Positions 26,901-40,380 of a stretch of DNA of 64,000 nucleotides are shown here, piece after piece (the first letter of the stretch is position 1; every line of letters begins with the position of its first letter). The notes under the pieces are model-generated. The model was not told the DNA's origin and made no database searches. It worked only from the letters and a program-made list of their open reading frames with translations. Source of the stretch: Balanoglossus misakiensis (lineage: Eukaryota; Animalia; Hemichordata); the NCBI GenBank assembly GCA_040954595.2, contig CM082592.2, forward strand, positions 3,922,735 to 3,986,734, in the 5' to 3' direction. The translations under genes were made by a program, and so were the position numbers.

Positions 26901-27360
26901 AAACGAGAACATCGCAAGAGTCTACATGCCCGCTGAAATTTAACTGAAATTGATCCGAAGCCCTTTTCTACGACCGCCCTCCCAGTCGTAAAACTTTGGC
27001 GCATCCCTGGATTGGAAACATAAGCTTATACCACGGTCACAGTGGCCGTGCTTGTACCCTACCACAACATACTGGCAAGGGACGTGACTGGACAGTCACG
27101 TGACGATCTGACCATTAAACCATAGTTAATAGAGTTGGTGATTAAACACTGGATTTACTTCGTTCCACCAAACAAATGGAATCTTCTGTCAAAACTCTTT
27201 CTGCAGAAATGACAACGGACCGCGCCGCGAGCAGACTTTACCAGTACACAGGACGGAAAATATGTTATGAATGTATATACCGCTCAACACAAACACATAT
27301 TGTTTCCTACCGTGGACGTTTGGTCTTCGGGCGGTACTCCATTTCAATGCCTTCTTCCAT
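17996..27360 (-). CDS. GGT: Gamma-glutamyltranspeptidase / glutathione hydrolase proenzyme (GGT1-like), 11 coding exons, ~608 aa
   Basis: Exons 27360-27311, 23754-23536, 23045-22819, 22357-22165, 21463-21303, 21040-20894, 20734-20598, 20302-20115, 19780-19540, 19233-19120, 18145-17996 (1827 nt, in frame). Motifs: N-terminal TM anchor, [37 protein letters not shown], autocleavage G|[47 protein letters not shown]. Confidence 0.95.
18707..19054. mobile_element. TTAA/AGGGA-terminal MITE family B (Kolobok/T2-like), full copy in the last GGT intron
   Basis: TTAA-AGGGACAAAGTCTCTCTCGCT ... AGCGAGAGAGAGACTTTGTCCCC-TTAA, palindromic throughout. Confidence 0.9.
21901..21985. mobile_element. ~88-bp piggyBac-like MITE
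   Basis: TTAA-CCCTTTCACC ... GGAAGGG-TTAA. Confidence 0.8.
22444..22530. mobile_element. ~88-bp piggyBac-like MITE
   Basis: TTAA-CCCTTTCACC ... GGTGAAAGGG-TTAT. Confidence 0.8.
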
Positions 27361-29401
27361 AATTAGGGAATAAACTATCGGAACCGCTCACAACACACAG
27401 CAAAAAAATGCTAGACGACAGACGTGGAATTCTGTCACACTCGGTACTTCGAGGATCGAAACACAATCTCTCAGATCGGACTTCACTCGCCTGCTGTTCT
27501 GGTCACAATACCCAACTCGTCTCCGCTGCGCGCGTGTTACGGTCTATTTGGTATTTACACACCGCCACGGACCGCCTTTATTTGCGTGAGAGTCCATTCA
27601 AAGACCGTGTTCTCTCGACATATGTAAATTGGCGAAATGAAAACGAACGGAATGGGGTGTGTATAAAGGTGTGCGTTCTTTTCTTTTCTTTTGTTAGAAC
27701 TGTAACTATGAATTGTTTTCAAACCTGCAGGGATTTAGTTTTTAACTGAAGTAGCCCAGTTTGTAAAAGGTTCAGTTATAAAGGAGAACATTTCAATCCC
27801 TGGTTCTCGCATAAGTTGTTCTCGACAATGAAATTTATGTTGTGGAAATTCTTCGTATTCCATTGAAATAACTATCAAGTGAATCCCTTTGGTTGTCGGT
27901 TGATAAAGCTGATACAGAAGGCGCGCCTTTAATTAAACTGAAGTACTTTAGTTTGTGAACATTCAAAGAAAGTTTGTTTCCGATAATTTCTTATAAAAAG
28001 TTGAAGTTTTCATATGAGTTTTAAAACATCGGGCTTAAGCTGGTAATCCGGATTATAGAATTTCGAAATCTGGTATACTAGTATCCAGAAATCTGACCAC
28101 CTGATATCTTGCTAGTCACTGTGATAGTAACAGATAAACATTTTAAAACATTTTAAAACTTTCTGGGCTACTTGATATTCCTCAACATTGTGCACACCGA
28201 TCTACTGTCGTTCGACAGCCCTGTTCCCATTCCGGAAGACTTGATAAAGATTTTTTTTTAAATCAATATTAGGCATATAAGCAAACGTTTTAGATTGACA
28301 TCAATCGATGAGAACTTATGAAAATTGGATGAAGTTTTCTAAAGAAATGCTGATATCCTATAAAAGACCGCCTGTTATATGCAACACCCGAAAACACTGT
28401 AGTGTCCTCTATTACCAGAGGCGTAACAGAAGTGCAAGAAATTATTCACTTTTCATTTCATTTTCAACTTCCTAATTTGCATATTTCCATCGAAACAATT
28501 CATTTTATATCTCGTTACGATTATAGTTTATGACAGTTTTATTTCAACTTGTTTATGAACTTTTCTTTCTACTGTAAAGAAGCATATTCTTCCTCGTATC
28601 TTGTGTGTGTTATTATTATTACTAGTATTTATTTGATATAGTTCTACAAGATTGTGTATCTATTTCAAACTATAAGCACCATACGCATGTCGACAACCAG
28701 TACATTACGTACTTGTATGTATTGATGTGAACCCATCCCTGATATCTCTGAATATGCTATAGAATCTTTCTGGGTATTCCTAGATCAGCTAAGTGAAACA
28801 TTATATCGTTCCAGACCACAGAGGATTCGGCTCAGAGATCATCCTACGGCGTTAATATGTACACCTGTTTTCATTTCGAAAGGTGAACAAGCAATACATG
28901 TTCAAGTACACGTACTTTATCAGACCCGACCTTTGCATGCAAGGAACTTATGGCGAAATTTGCGCACGCGAGATTCGGTTTGATAATGCGTAGGCGCCTA
29001 ATGATAACAAGATCGGTGATTTATCACGTATAGTAGGTGTAAATAGTTAACTTAAAGCGTTAAGCTTATGGACAGTTAGATCATTACTTACGGTGATTTT
29101 TAGACAAAAAAATGACGTTGACAGTTTTCAACCAGTTCTGGTTCTGGTCCAACTTTCATAACACGAAGTTTTAATAACAACACTTTGTATGCAAGCATAT
29201 ATTATAAAGCTTATGCCTATACGCATTACAAACTCGCCCTAGGTAGGGCCTAGGGGGATATACTGAGGACATAGACGGACGCGATCTAGCCCGAACAAGC
29301 AAGTACATTGTATAGCGTATGGACTACACAATTCTCGTATCTCTTTAGGCGGACTTCAATTAACTCTTGGTCAAAAATCTTAAATAGAAATCATCACCTA
29401 C

Positions 29402-29550
29402 CTGGTACTGAACAGTTGTTTTCGATATCCCCGGTTTTTGGTGGCATTAGCGGCTTTTGGGTCAACATTAATGATCTCGATCTGTCCGTCGCCATGCATT
29501 TCAATTCCGTGCGGTACCGGCTCGCCGCTTCTGTTGTTACCTTTCGCCAT
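29402..29550 (-). CDS. GGT: Candidate alternative first coding exon of GGT
   Basis: ACAATGG start; MAKGNNRSGEPVPHGIEMHGDGQIEIINVDPKAANATKNRGYRKQLFST; strong phase-2 donor CAG|GTAGGT joins in frame to the acceptor at 23754. Confidence 0.6.
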
Positions 29551-31711
29551 TGTTGCAACACCGCGGACCAACGAAAAAATTGACGATCGCAATACAAGAA
29601 TATATATATCGCGACCTGTCCCGTCACAGGTATATCTACTGATCCATGTCTAACTCAGGAAATGTTACCCTGCAAAGTTTTCGCGTATGAATCACATCCC
29701 GGGCCCGGGGGACGCGCGCCGACGTGCCGTACAGTCTTTCACGAACCAATGATGTACGTAGGTGAGCTCTTTAATGACCCGGTGCCATGATGGACGATTC
29801 ACAAAATAGGTAATCGTTATCACACTGTCAACTGGGGCACATTAAACATTAACGTGCACCCACTAATACAGAACTCGCAAGCGTTGCACGACCTACATAT
29901 GCTCAGGCGAGTCCGTCAATTAGCCTGTCAGACTGATAATGACTGATTCCAGCGATAGTCCATCTTCAAGTGTCTTGCATGGATACCGGGCATGGATATG
30001 GCCACGTCACGGTAGTGGCATTCGAAATGCCGCAATACTTAACCTTTAACTAGTTCTGTTATTATATAACAGACAGACTAAAGCACCGGTGTTACGTCAA
30101 TCGTATCCATGTTATATGACAATGGGTTCGTTTGTTGGTTTAGCTTTGTTGAAAAGCGATCTTTCAGTGCGAATCTATGATCCTCACGATACGGACTTTA
30201 TATATTACTATATACCCGCTATCCCTATATATACTCGGGGCCCGAGGGAAAGGGGGGGGGGGGGTCGTCAGCGCAGTCCTGATGTGGTCTATATCATGGA
30301 CGCACCACGTTGTATCCACGGAGATGAAACATCACAGGTACGGTGCATTTCGCGATGCCAGAATGTGGTGAAAGATCCAACGTTTGCGGCAAGACGCATG
30401 GCATGCACCATTTTTATACAGACACCATGACGTATATAATCAAGCATGGCGAGTGACCGTGAACCAAAATCTGTCAATTAGTAACCAAGTTCTCATTCTA
30501 CTTTATGTTATAATTATATCAATATAATATTAGGCCCATGTTGCTGCGTGAAGCTATGGCAAGGTTCACACTGGCAATAACTGTAGGCCGATTTAGTTTG
30601 AAGTTCTTTTACCGATGTGATTTCATACATTGCGTAAATGGCATCCTAAATTTCGATTTCGGGCAGTGGCTCTCAACTATTATCCTAATTTTTTTTAAAA
30701 AGAGAAACAGTCAAAGGATTCCCAAAAGTGATAACAAGTTAGACTTTGATTTTCAATGCGCTGCACATTGTAGTAGTGGGAGCGGACAGTGAGCTCAGGG
30801 GAAACCTGTATGGGATCGGCTAAATCAAAACATATTCTTTTTCTATGTCAGCATATACTCGTTCGCCAAATATAGGCCTATTCCCTGATTAAGATTAGGC
30901 ACATAGGCCTACCAGTAATAATGAAAAGGAACAGTCGGTCATTTTTGGCATTATTTTCGTTGTTTTAGTTTCTTTATACAGCTTTAGGCTATTTATAATT
31001 ATGGAGTTCAGCGCACTGAAATATGCTCAATGACGAGTTGCGCTTATTGTCACAACATAAATATAAAGTTATCAAAATAAATCAATACAACTCATGTATG
31101 TAAGAACTGAGTGACCCTTTTAAAGTTTATAACGCACGTTACCGAATTCCCACAATGGTCCAAGAAAGGGTTCGTAATTTCAGTTGCGCACTTTACCGGG
31201 ATCGCCAAACCACAGGCGAAAGTTATTGTGTTGGGCCCAATTGATCACCGTCTTGTGAGATAGAATAGGAGGAAACAGCATCGGCATAAGGCCAGGGGCA
31301 TAAGGCTTACGTAGTAATAAACAACTTAAAGAGTTTTAAACGTGTGATAAAACACATGAGGCAACCCATACTTTTTTCAACAAGAGTTACATACAATGCT
31401 CGAATATGTACGCTTAATGAGAAATGTCGCCCCCACTCGATCCTTCACGCAAATATTTCCCCCTTTCTATTGTTTATATATCTGATAGGCATGGCTGAGT
31501 AGGTGTCAATTAAACGCTCCAATCCCCCGATTTTACCTGTTCACAAATCGACCCCTCAGTTCCCCTCTCAATAGAGCACTTGAAAGCAGTCAAACATAAA
31601 GAAGTTATCTTTCACTGACTAATCAAGTACCCCACGGTATTAAAATTATATCTCTGCCAGTCTAAGTTCGATTGAGGTCAAAGTTCACAGTGTGTCACTT
31701 TCTCCGCCTAT

Positions 31712-31823
31712 ATGACCGCATCCGGACTTCCATCAATCAGAGATGAGAGCGGGATTTCTGAAGTGGATCCTTCTTTGCGATCAAGCCTGTTCCCCGACGA
31801 AGACAACAAGTTTATATATGCAG
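31712..31823 (+). CDS. Candidate first coding exon of an unidentified + strand gene
   Basis: ATG-initiated MTASGLPSIRDESGISEVDPSLRSSLFPDEDNKFIYA ending at a perfect CAG|GTGAGT donor (phase 1); another frame is also open. Confidence 0.45.
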
Positions 31824-33939
31824 GTGAGTTATAGAAGTTGTTGACACATGACACGTATCTAACCATCATCTGACAATTTGCGGATATTTTTAACAAATCA
31901 TTTCGTTTGCAGCGATCGTCATCCAGTCCCGGAGCCCAACACACCGGGTTATAAACTTGCGGTTGTCAACTTTCCAAATGGCGATCACTTAGAATCATTG
32001 ATATTGAACAGTTATGCAGTATCGTGGTAGCTAGGTCGTTAGATCATTTTCATTTGTATGTATCAAATTCCGAAATCACCATTATTTTTCATTTTGTTCG
32101 TCATCTAATGACGTAATGGACTACAAATTTATCCTAGATTGTTCCCTACACACGCAGCTCAATGTGTGTTTGTATAGTCTCCGGTAAATAAAAAACGCAC
32201 AAAAGGGTGGAGGAAACATATGTTCACTTTTCCCTCGATTGTTTACACTGGACATACATAATAGACTCGACATGTGTATTATACTAATACAAGTTTCATC
32301 CGACATTAGATCTAGACTTCGGACTATCCCACTTGAACTTGTAGCACCGCGTACAGGTCTGTGTGTTCCCGGCGTTTATAGTTTATAGTTTATAAACATG
32401 CATCATGTCAATGAATATAAAGAATGTGACTGTCGATTGCAACATCATAAATCACTTGATGTGTGGTTAGATCTGTACACTAGTGTGTGTTGCAACTTTC
32501 AGGTCAGTTGTAATGAGCTTTTGGTGTAGCAGATGGCTCCACATTTTAACAGGCATTTATTATCCAGGGACTGTGTCATGATTTCTGTTAATTCTGATTA
32601 GTTTATGGCATGCTGATCTGTTTAAAATTACATTCAACCCCATTCAATCAGTGTCTGGTGTTTTGTGCATTTTAATTTTGCTTTGAGAAAATTGCCAGCC
32701 AGTGGTCTGTCTTAAAATGTAAATTTCCATATGTAAATAAATTTAAATATATTTAAATAATTAAGTAATATATGAATAAATTAAAATTGATATGTACATA
32801 GTGGTGATGTGTGTTAGCTATGCATGTTATTTCATGCATACAGACCTATATTTACAGTCTTTTGTGTGATGTTAGTCCCCATAGTCAAAATCAAACCAAT
32901 GACAATTATCATAGTCATTCTGTATTCACCAGCATTTGTTTACTGATACTATTAAAATAACTGTGTTTTTTTGCTTGGTGGTGAATGCATAGCCCAGTAT
33001 AGACAAACAGTAGATTGGAAAAGTATAGAACAATTGGTTCTTGTAGCTATAAATGTATTCCTCATTTTAGGGATGTTGTTATTGTTAGCAAATATTGTAA
33101 TTGTAGCCTCTACAGATGATCTACCAGAGTTTCAACTGCGAAGTTTGTAATGTTATTGAATCACATGGGTCCATTAAATTAAAATTATGTTCATATTTTA
33201 AAATTTCAGCGTCACATGGAGTAGTCACACTCACTGGAAATTGACTTTGGATAATGGAAGCAATCCAGTTAGCAATTCTTCAGAGATATAGAATCAGAGG
33301 TAATGTAACTTTATGTGATCTTTCGATAATAGAGGAATCCATTTCCCACAATGCACTACTGCAGTTCAAAACGTGGATCTGTATCTACTGTATAATGTGA
33401 CAAAATATTTTGCAAATTCCATAGATTTAACTCAATTTTAATCATTTTAAGAATTTAAACAGTATTAAACTATTAGGGCTCTAGATAATTTGATTTATTC
33501 AAATGAACAGTCAAGGACACAGGATCATTGTTACAGAATTAATCATCAAGTGGTCTGAATTGATTGTTTTTTATTGTTCGGTTGAATTTCGTCCTTGCTG
33601 CAGTAAACTTTGCATTGTGTTTTGATTGCTGCCTGTCAGTCCTTTAATCTGGGCGTATCAATTTATGGGGACACTTAGACAAAAATTGATTTAATTCGTG
33701 CAATTGTCTGACCTGGCGCACCGTAAAACATCTGCAGCCGAAGACAGTGAATTGAAATTTTGGTCCAGCAGTAGAAAATTTGTCATCAGTCTGTTGAAAC
33801 AGAGCACTCATTTCGAGTGTTTTTCTTTCTCCTCATGAGTTTCTTGCGTGGAAACGTCGGGAAGGTGTTGAACGTGTTCAGGGCGGTGGCTGGAAAAGCG
33901 GTCTACTATCTGGTTGTTGGATCTGCGACGACGAGAGAG

Positions 33940-33955
33940 ATGGCCAAAGATATGG
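33940..33955 (+). CDS. Candidate micro first coding exon (MAKDM)
   Basis: GAGATGG start, phase-1 donor G|GTATGT, preceded by a CpG-richer UTR-like stretch. Confidence 0.25.
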
Positions 33956-34998
33956 GTATGTAGATATGGCGTGCTGTAGTGATGACGCTTGGAAGTGCGT
34001 TGGCACTTAGCCTTGAAGAATTCAGATTGTCTCGGGTTTAGGATCACGATGAGTTATTTTTTTAATCAGAGAACCTGTGAATTTTGCAAATTTCCAAGTC
34101 CCGCACTGACCCGCAGTCTACCGGTGTTTGTTAGCAACTTGTGCAAGTGAAACTGCTAGTACGTGTGATAAGGGCGACGCTCACTGCATCAGAATCACCA
34201 AATTATATTATTTGCAAATCATGGGCTTGTTTCCGTGGCAACACCATATCCATCATACTTTTGTTCTGAGTTTCTTACGAACTAGTATGGACAAAGTTTA
34301 AATGTCACAAACTTCACTCTCGCCCCATAGGTGTATTAGGTGTCATGTACCATTTGCAGGCGATATGTATCATTCTCTGAGAAATGGCGAGTCCTGTCGT
34401 CAAACTGGCCGGCCTGTTTCAAACTTCTTTTTTGTGACTGGCGCCCTCTAGAGTTCAGTTATTGGCGTTTTAGTATTCTTAGTATTCCCGGAGTCTCGCT
34501 TACTCTTGAAATACTTACTTTACTATACATTCTGCGTTTACTGCATGACATGCATTATTGCATGTGAAGAACCATAATAGTGGCAGACGTGATTATGGGG
34601 TGCTTAAACATGGCTACGTTGATCTGGACAAATCAGTCTGCACACTTCTGTATGCAGATGATCAGATATGAAACAGGTCCAAATCAAGCAGATGTAGACT
34701 GATAGAGAGCTGTTAGGTTAAAGTACTCTGGACAGATGGGGTGTTTTCAAGATTCTGCGTCAATGTGTCATGATTGTGTACTAAGAGTTTTCTACAATGG
34801 CTGGTACCATGCAGGCAGTGATTATTTTCGCTTCGATTGCTGCAACTTGGCAGTCCCAGGGTTACGTGTGTTGAATAATATGCTCTGCCTATTAGAGAAG
34901 CCCAATGCACTAATCTGGGAGTGGTTTTACCTCGGAAAAAAATTGTGTTGCCAGGGAGATTTCATTTTAATAAAGTGCACAAAACTGCGGCAAGAATA

Positions 34999-35190
34999 CT
35001 GTAAAACGGGAAATTTTCGCGACAGGAAATTTTCGCGTTATCAGAAGCAGCAACTGTATTTAATACACACCACTGCATTGTTATATCCGAAAAATATTTT
35101 TACGCGACTTTTTATTTTTGCACTTTTTTGGGCTCACGTGTACATAGTTCACAAAAAAATTATCGTTTGCGAAAATTTCCCGTTTTACAG
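34999..35190. mobile_element. TA-target MITE (Tc1/mariner-like, CTGTAAAAC termini)
   Basis: TA-CTGTAAAACGGGAAATTTTCGC ... GCGAAAATTTCCCGTTTTACAG-TA. Confidence 0.85.
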
Positions 35191-35568
35191 TATATTACTT
35201 GCAGAGTCATATGTGTTGTGAACCAGGAGTTCGCTACGGAAAACACATTATTCAGAAGGCCCTTTCAGGAACTCATTGACAGAATGTAATTGAAATCCAT
35301 TACATGATGCCATCAACAACCACCATGTTCAAGACTCGGGCCATTAGGAGAGACAGATTGATAAAACGAGAGAAGCAGACAGCGTAACAACCTGTTCCGC
35401 TTTGTTAAACACAGAATTGAGACAGATCATTTTTTTGGGGGGGGGGGGGGAGTGTTATGGCTGCGGACCAAGTCAGGCGTGACGCAGCGAGTCTCCAGGG
35501 CACGTTGCTTGATGGCTCCACTTTTTGAAGAGGCTGATCCCCCATTAAGAAAGCAGTGCGTAGAAATA

Positions 35569-35775
35569 CTGTAAAACACTTTATTTTCGCGAGTTAAAAT
35601 TTTTGCGATATCGAGAGCGGCCACTGTTTCGCGAGTATTAATTTTCGCGTTCTCTTATTTCATTCACTGCATCGTTATCTTCAAAAAAAATTACGCGACT
35701 TTTTATTTTCACGCTATTTTGGCTCTCGCGTATTTCGCGTAAATTTATTGCTCGCGAAAATAAAGTGTTTTACAG
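35569..35775. mobile_element. TA-target MITE (same family)
   Basis: TA-CTGTAAAACACTTTATTTTCGCGAG ... CTCGCGAAAATAAAGTGTTTTACAG-TA. Confidence 0.85.
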
Positions 35776-36720
35776 TAGCCAGGAGGGCAGCCAAGTCTGT
35801 AAATTATGAATTGTTGGTGTTTTTTCGTCTCCTTCCTGCTAGCTCCTCAGATCTGAATGAGCTACCACTACAAAATACACGTACAGTACATTCAATCTTC
35901 ATATTTGTTCCTGGTTTAGGCAGCTGTGGAGTCAGATATATATACCCACTTCAGGCACACTGTTAAAAAATCAGAACAAGACGAAAATGTTAGCTTAGAA
36001 GTCTGGTATTTAACCATTTCATGGAATTTCACCCATCAGACAACCACCTCTTTACGATTTGCTGCAAGTAACAGACTACATTTGTATAATAGTTTATTGA
36101 ACAGTACAGTCTGTGTTCCTCTGAAGTAGAATTTTCAATTAAGGTCCACTGTACCGTTTTACACAAATCCCAGAAAAGTCATTGTAATTTGTATAAGCGT
36201 TTCAAGCAATTTCATTGCCATGGTTACTGGTGTGGTGTAACAAGCTGCCATTAATGTACAGAAAGAAAGGAAGACAATTGCAAACCAGACGGGCATTAAC
36301 GTAGCCATATATACTATTATCTAACGGGTAACATGGATTGCATTACTCTGCTCTGTGTGATAGGAGCGTTGGACTGCAGAGATGGAAACTGCCGGGTAAT
36401 TGCATGGGTTGAGGTATCATATTTCAGTGTCGATGTCCGACATTCCCTTAAAGAACAAAAGTGAGCGGTCGTAATGAGGTTTTCGAAAAAAACAAACGGA
36501 TCCATTTTGAATGTTGGAGGGAAAATTACAGGTCTCGAGTTGATTTGTTGAAAGGCTCAGCAGGGATCTGAGAAAGTGGCGGCGTGTGCTACTGTCGCGG
36601 TGAGGTAGGTTGTTATCGGATGTCATTTGAGGGTGAAGATTTGATCTCCATTTTTGGTTGTGATTATCTGTGAGTTTCTTATCCATTGAAACTTACTAGA
36701 TTTTAGCCAGTTTTGTTTCA

Positions 36721-36916
36721 ATGCCAGGGACAGAAAGCTTTGGGAGCGCTCACCCCCACTTGAAAACTCAAGAAAAATTACAAAACTCGCGCCACTGTCC
36801 CTCTGCGTACGACGTACGACAACGCCGTCCCACCCTGTCTGAGAAATGTCTGGAACCGCGGGTCATGAATATTCATGAGGATTTTCAAATCCTGAATGGA
36901 GGGAACACAGCTGCTG
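36721..36916 (+). CDS. Candidate first coding exon of an unidentified + strand gene
   Basis: 65 open codons MPGTESFGSAHPHLKTQEKLQNSRHCPSAYDVRQRRPTLSEK...NTAA, weak phase-1 donor G|GTGATT. Confidence 0.3.
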
Positions 36917-38504
36917 GTGATTTCAATGGAGCGTAAATGGGACGTGTACGTATATGAACAAGTGGAGTTTTGCAAACACTGAATGGGGTGTTAACTCGGG
37001 TATACGCCGATGATAATTGCAGGTTTTTCACATCAAGATATCCTCAGAAGGCTGGCATCTGATCTGTGTGCAGTATATCTGGTGGGCTTAAGAAAGCGCT
37101 AATTTTAATCACCGAGTAACAGTGCTGGCTTTAAGGTAACTTTCACTTCTTTGATTTTTTACAATCATTTTATGCGATTGCCATGATTTCTACCAGTACA
37201 TAGCTCTCTGACGTGGCAATACCTACCTTTTGGCATCTGATGAATGAGTCCCACGAATTAGTATATGAAAATTAAATTCGCAGTATTCGCGTGTGTTATG
37301 TGAATACCCATACATTTAATGACCCCATGGCTGTTACTGTTTGGGGTCAGGTTTGATGACCCCGAGTCAGTTCAAACAAAGCCCACCTAAAGGTCAGTGG
37401 ATTACCACTTTTACTTTCCAGGTCTCGTAGAATTAAGCTGTTTGTTGGTCATACTGGTAATACTAATACTGGTATTGTTGAGTGATTGTCTGATCTGATC
37501 AATCATAAATAACATAAGATAAAACTACATCGAATATTACCATGATAATTTTATGAGGAATCAATAATGCCTTGATTTTTCACAATGTGCAAGCATTATT
37601 TTTAACAGGTTTCATGAAATATACAAAAAAAGGACATTACAGCACAAACTTTAAAAATAGATGAAAATGTATAACAAATGTGAAATTTCCCTCAGCACAT
37701 TTACAGACAAAAAATACAAACTACCCAATTGTTTATCTGGCAGTAAACAGTGGAATTATCAGTTTTTAGTGACCGACTTTGCCCCTTTAATTTAACTACT
37801 GTTACCATGGAAAATTTAAATATAGCCTATCACAGATTTTCAGTGGGTGGCACACCTGAAAAGAAAGTGCACCACCACATGGTCATTGGAAGACTTAGAC
37901 ACGCTCTTTTGACCACATATAGGCATATGTAAATCAGAGGTGACCGTATACCTTTAATTCTTCTGAAAAATCTGCCCACTGTTAGTTATATAGTACCCTT
38001 CCTGTATTTTGCCAGAGGCTGACGACCACACCCAACAACAGCTAGACAGAATTCTGTCAATTTGAGTCTAGGCTCATAAATTTTTAATCAAGATATCATT
38101 TTTCTCATCATACAATGTACTGTTCAAATTGAGAGCAGATAATACTCCAGAAAAGTAATCAAGTAAATGAAGTGATGGCCATCACTTGTATGCATGTACA
38201 TAACAGTGCCTCGATCCTCATATGACATTCTTGCTTTAATTTGACATCAATGTTTTGTTTTGCTTCACTGCAAGCAATGCACCATTATGCATGGCAGATT
38301 TTTATTAGGTAGTATGCAGATTTTCAGAAAAATGATAGCCTTCCGAACGTTTCAATTCTTTGCTATATTTCAGTGTGTTAGGATTACTTCTGCATATTAA
38401 GAAGAAAAGTGCATGTTCACTGTCTTGTTTTTGTAAAAATTATTTAATATTTAGCTATGTTATAGGCAAGGGTGTGGTTATATTTAACACATAACCCACT
38501 TAGT

Positions 38505-39568
38505 CAGGTGGAAATTTCAGAAAATGAGCATTTTAAAAGCATGTCAGGCATTTTTTGGTACAAGCTGGGAACAAGTTGTTTTTGGATATTTCGAATACGC
38601 TGATTTCGAATTTGCCTGTTCCCAAAAATTCTTTTCACGTTTTCATGTCGAAAATGGCAAATTAATTTGTGACGTCATAATTTCAAAATACCTAAAAGAA
38701 AACGCTGTTTGTAGCCATTATGGTGCAATATCACAGGTCAACACCATAATAGTCTATTGAAATCATATTCGTATATTCATTTAAATATTTTTAAACAATT
38801 TTTTTAATTTAGAAACATTTTGTGAATTGGTAAAATGCTAATTTATGTTAATTAGGTCCAGGTGGAAATTTCAGAAAATGAGCATTTTAAAAGCCTGTCA
38901 TTCATTTTTTTTGGTACAAGCTGGGAACAAGTTGTTTTTGGATATTTCGAATACGCTGATTTCGAATTTGCCTGTTCCCAAACATTCTTTTCACGTTTTC
39001 ATGTCGAAAATGGCAAATTAATTTGTGACGTCATAATTTCAAAATACCTAAAAGAAAACGCTGTTTGTAGCCATTATGGTGCAATATCACAGGTCAACAC
39101 CATAATAGTCTATTGAAATCATATTCTTATATTCATTTAAATATTTTTAAACAATTTTTTTAATTTAGAAACATTTTGTGAATTGGTAAAATGCTAATTT
39201 ATGTTAATTAGGTCCAGGTGGAAATTTCAGAAAATGAGCATTTTAAAAGCATGTCATTCATTTTTTTGGTACAAGCTGGGAACAAGTTGTTTTTGGATAT
39301 TTCGAATACGCTGATTTCGAATTTGCCTGTTCCCAAAAATTCTTTTCACGTTTTCATGTCGAAAATGGCAAATTAATTTGTGACGTCATAATTTCAAAAT
39401 ACCTAAAAGAAAACGCTGTTTGTAGCCATTATGGTGCAATATCACAGGTCAACACCATAATAGTCTATTGAAATCATATTCGTATATTCATTTAAATATT
39501 TTTAAACAATTTTTTTAATTTAGAAACATTTTGTGAATTGGTAAAATGCTAATTTATGTTAATTAGGT
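38505..39568. repeat. Three tandem ~355-bp copies of the transposon left end
   Basis: CAGGTGGAAATTTCAG recurs at 38505, 38859 and 39215; units nearly identical. Confidence 0.96.
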
Positions 39569-40380
39569 GACACGCCCATCTAAAATCAATGGTCTACAAA
39601 AGAGAGCCAACAGTGTTAAGTGAGGTGTCTATTGCAATGTTTTCAGGGTCAAGGAATTCAAATATGCAATCGATTACCTTGTCAGACAAGGTGCAGCATG
39701 GAAAATATGCAAAATTAGCTTAATTACTCACGATGTCATGCTAAAATTGACAATTGAAAGCTAATGATACGACTATGGCCTGTGAGGTGTCTATTCACAT
39801 GTTTTTTGGCAAATGTTTGCATTTTAATGAATAACTGAAATGAAACTTTTCATATTTGTATGTAATAGCATGTAAAAAACAACAAAAAACAAACAAAGAA
39901 ACATACACAACGAGGATTTAGTTTAGACTGTACATGCTCGTTGGTAACATCGTGACCGATCGCTCCGTTAAAAAAACACCAGAACATTGAACGTATGAAC
40001 GTTTAGGTCCACAATTCACAAGTTATTGAACTATGAATGTATGTTCAATGTTGTGAAAAGCCAAAAACATACTTTTTGCCAACAAAACTGGCATTTGTTA
40101 ACGTACAAGTTGTTCATTAATAGCGAAAGCATCGTATGGCCACACTCACATTATGCCAGCACCGTATATTCATGCTTAGTTATAAGACGTTGAATGCACA
40201 CTGATGGCCCGACGTCCTCGGTGTTTTATTGAAACCCGGTCTCTAACAACAATTTCTCTTCATAAGTAAAGAGTAATGTGTATTTTTATTACGTTTTTAT
40301 ATATGATACTGTGTGCAAAGTGAAGATTGTGTCAGTGAGGCAACATATATACATGTATGTTTAATCCACTTGGGTGTCGT

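Noticed and set aside
38524-39116. Repeated ORFs FFGTSWEQVVFGYFEYADFEF
   Set aside because: They lie in tandemly repeated transposon TIR sequence and show no protein motif
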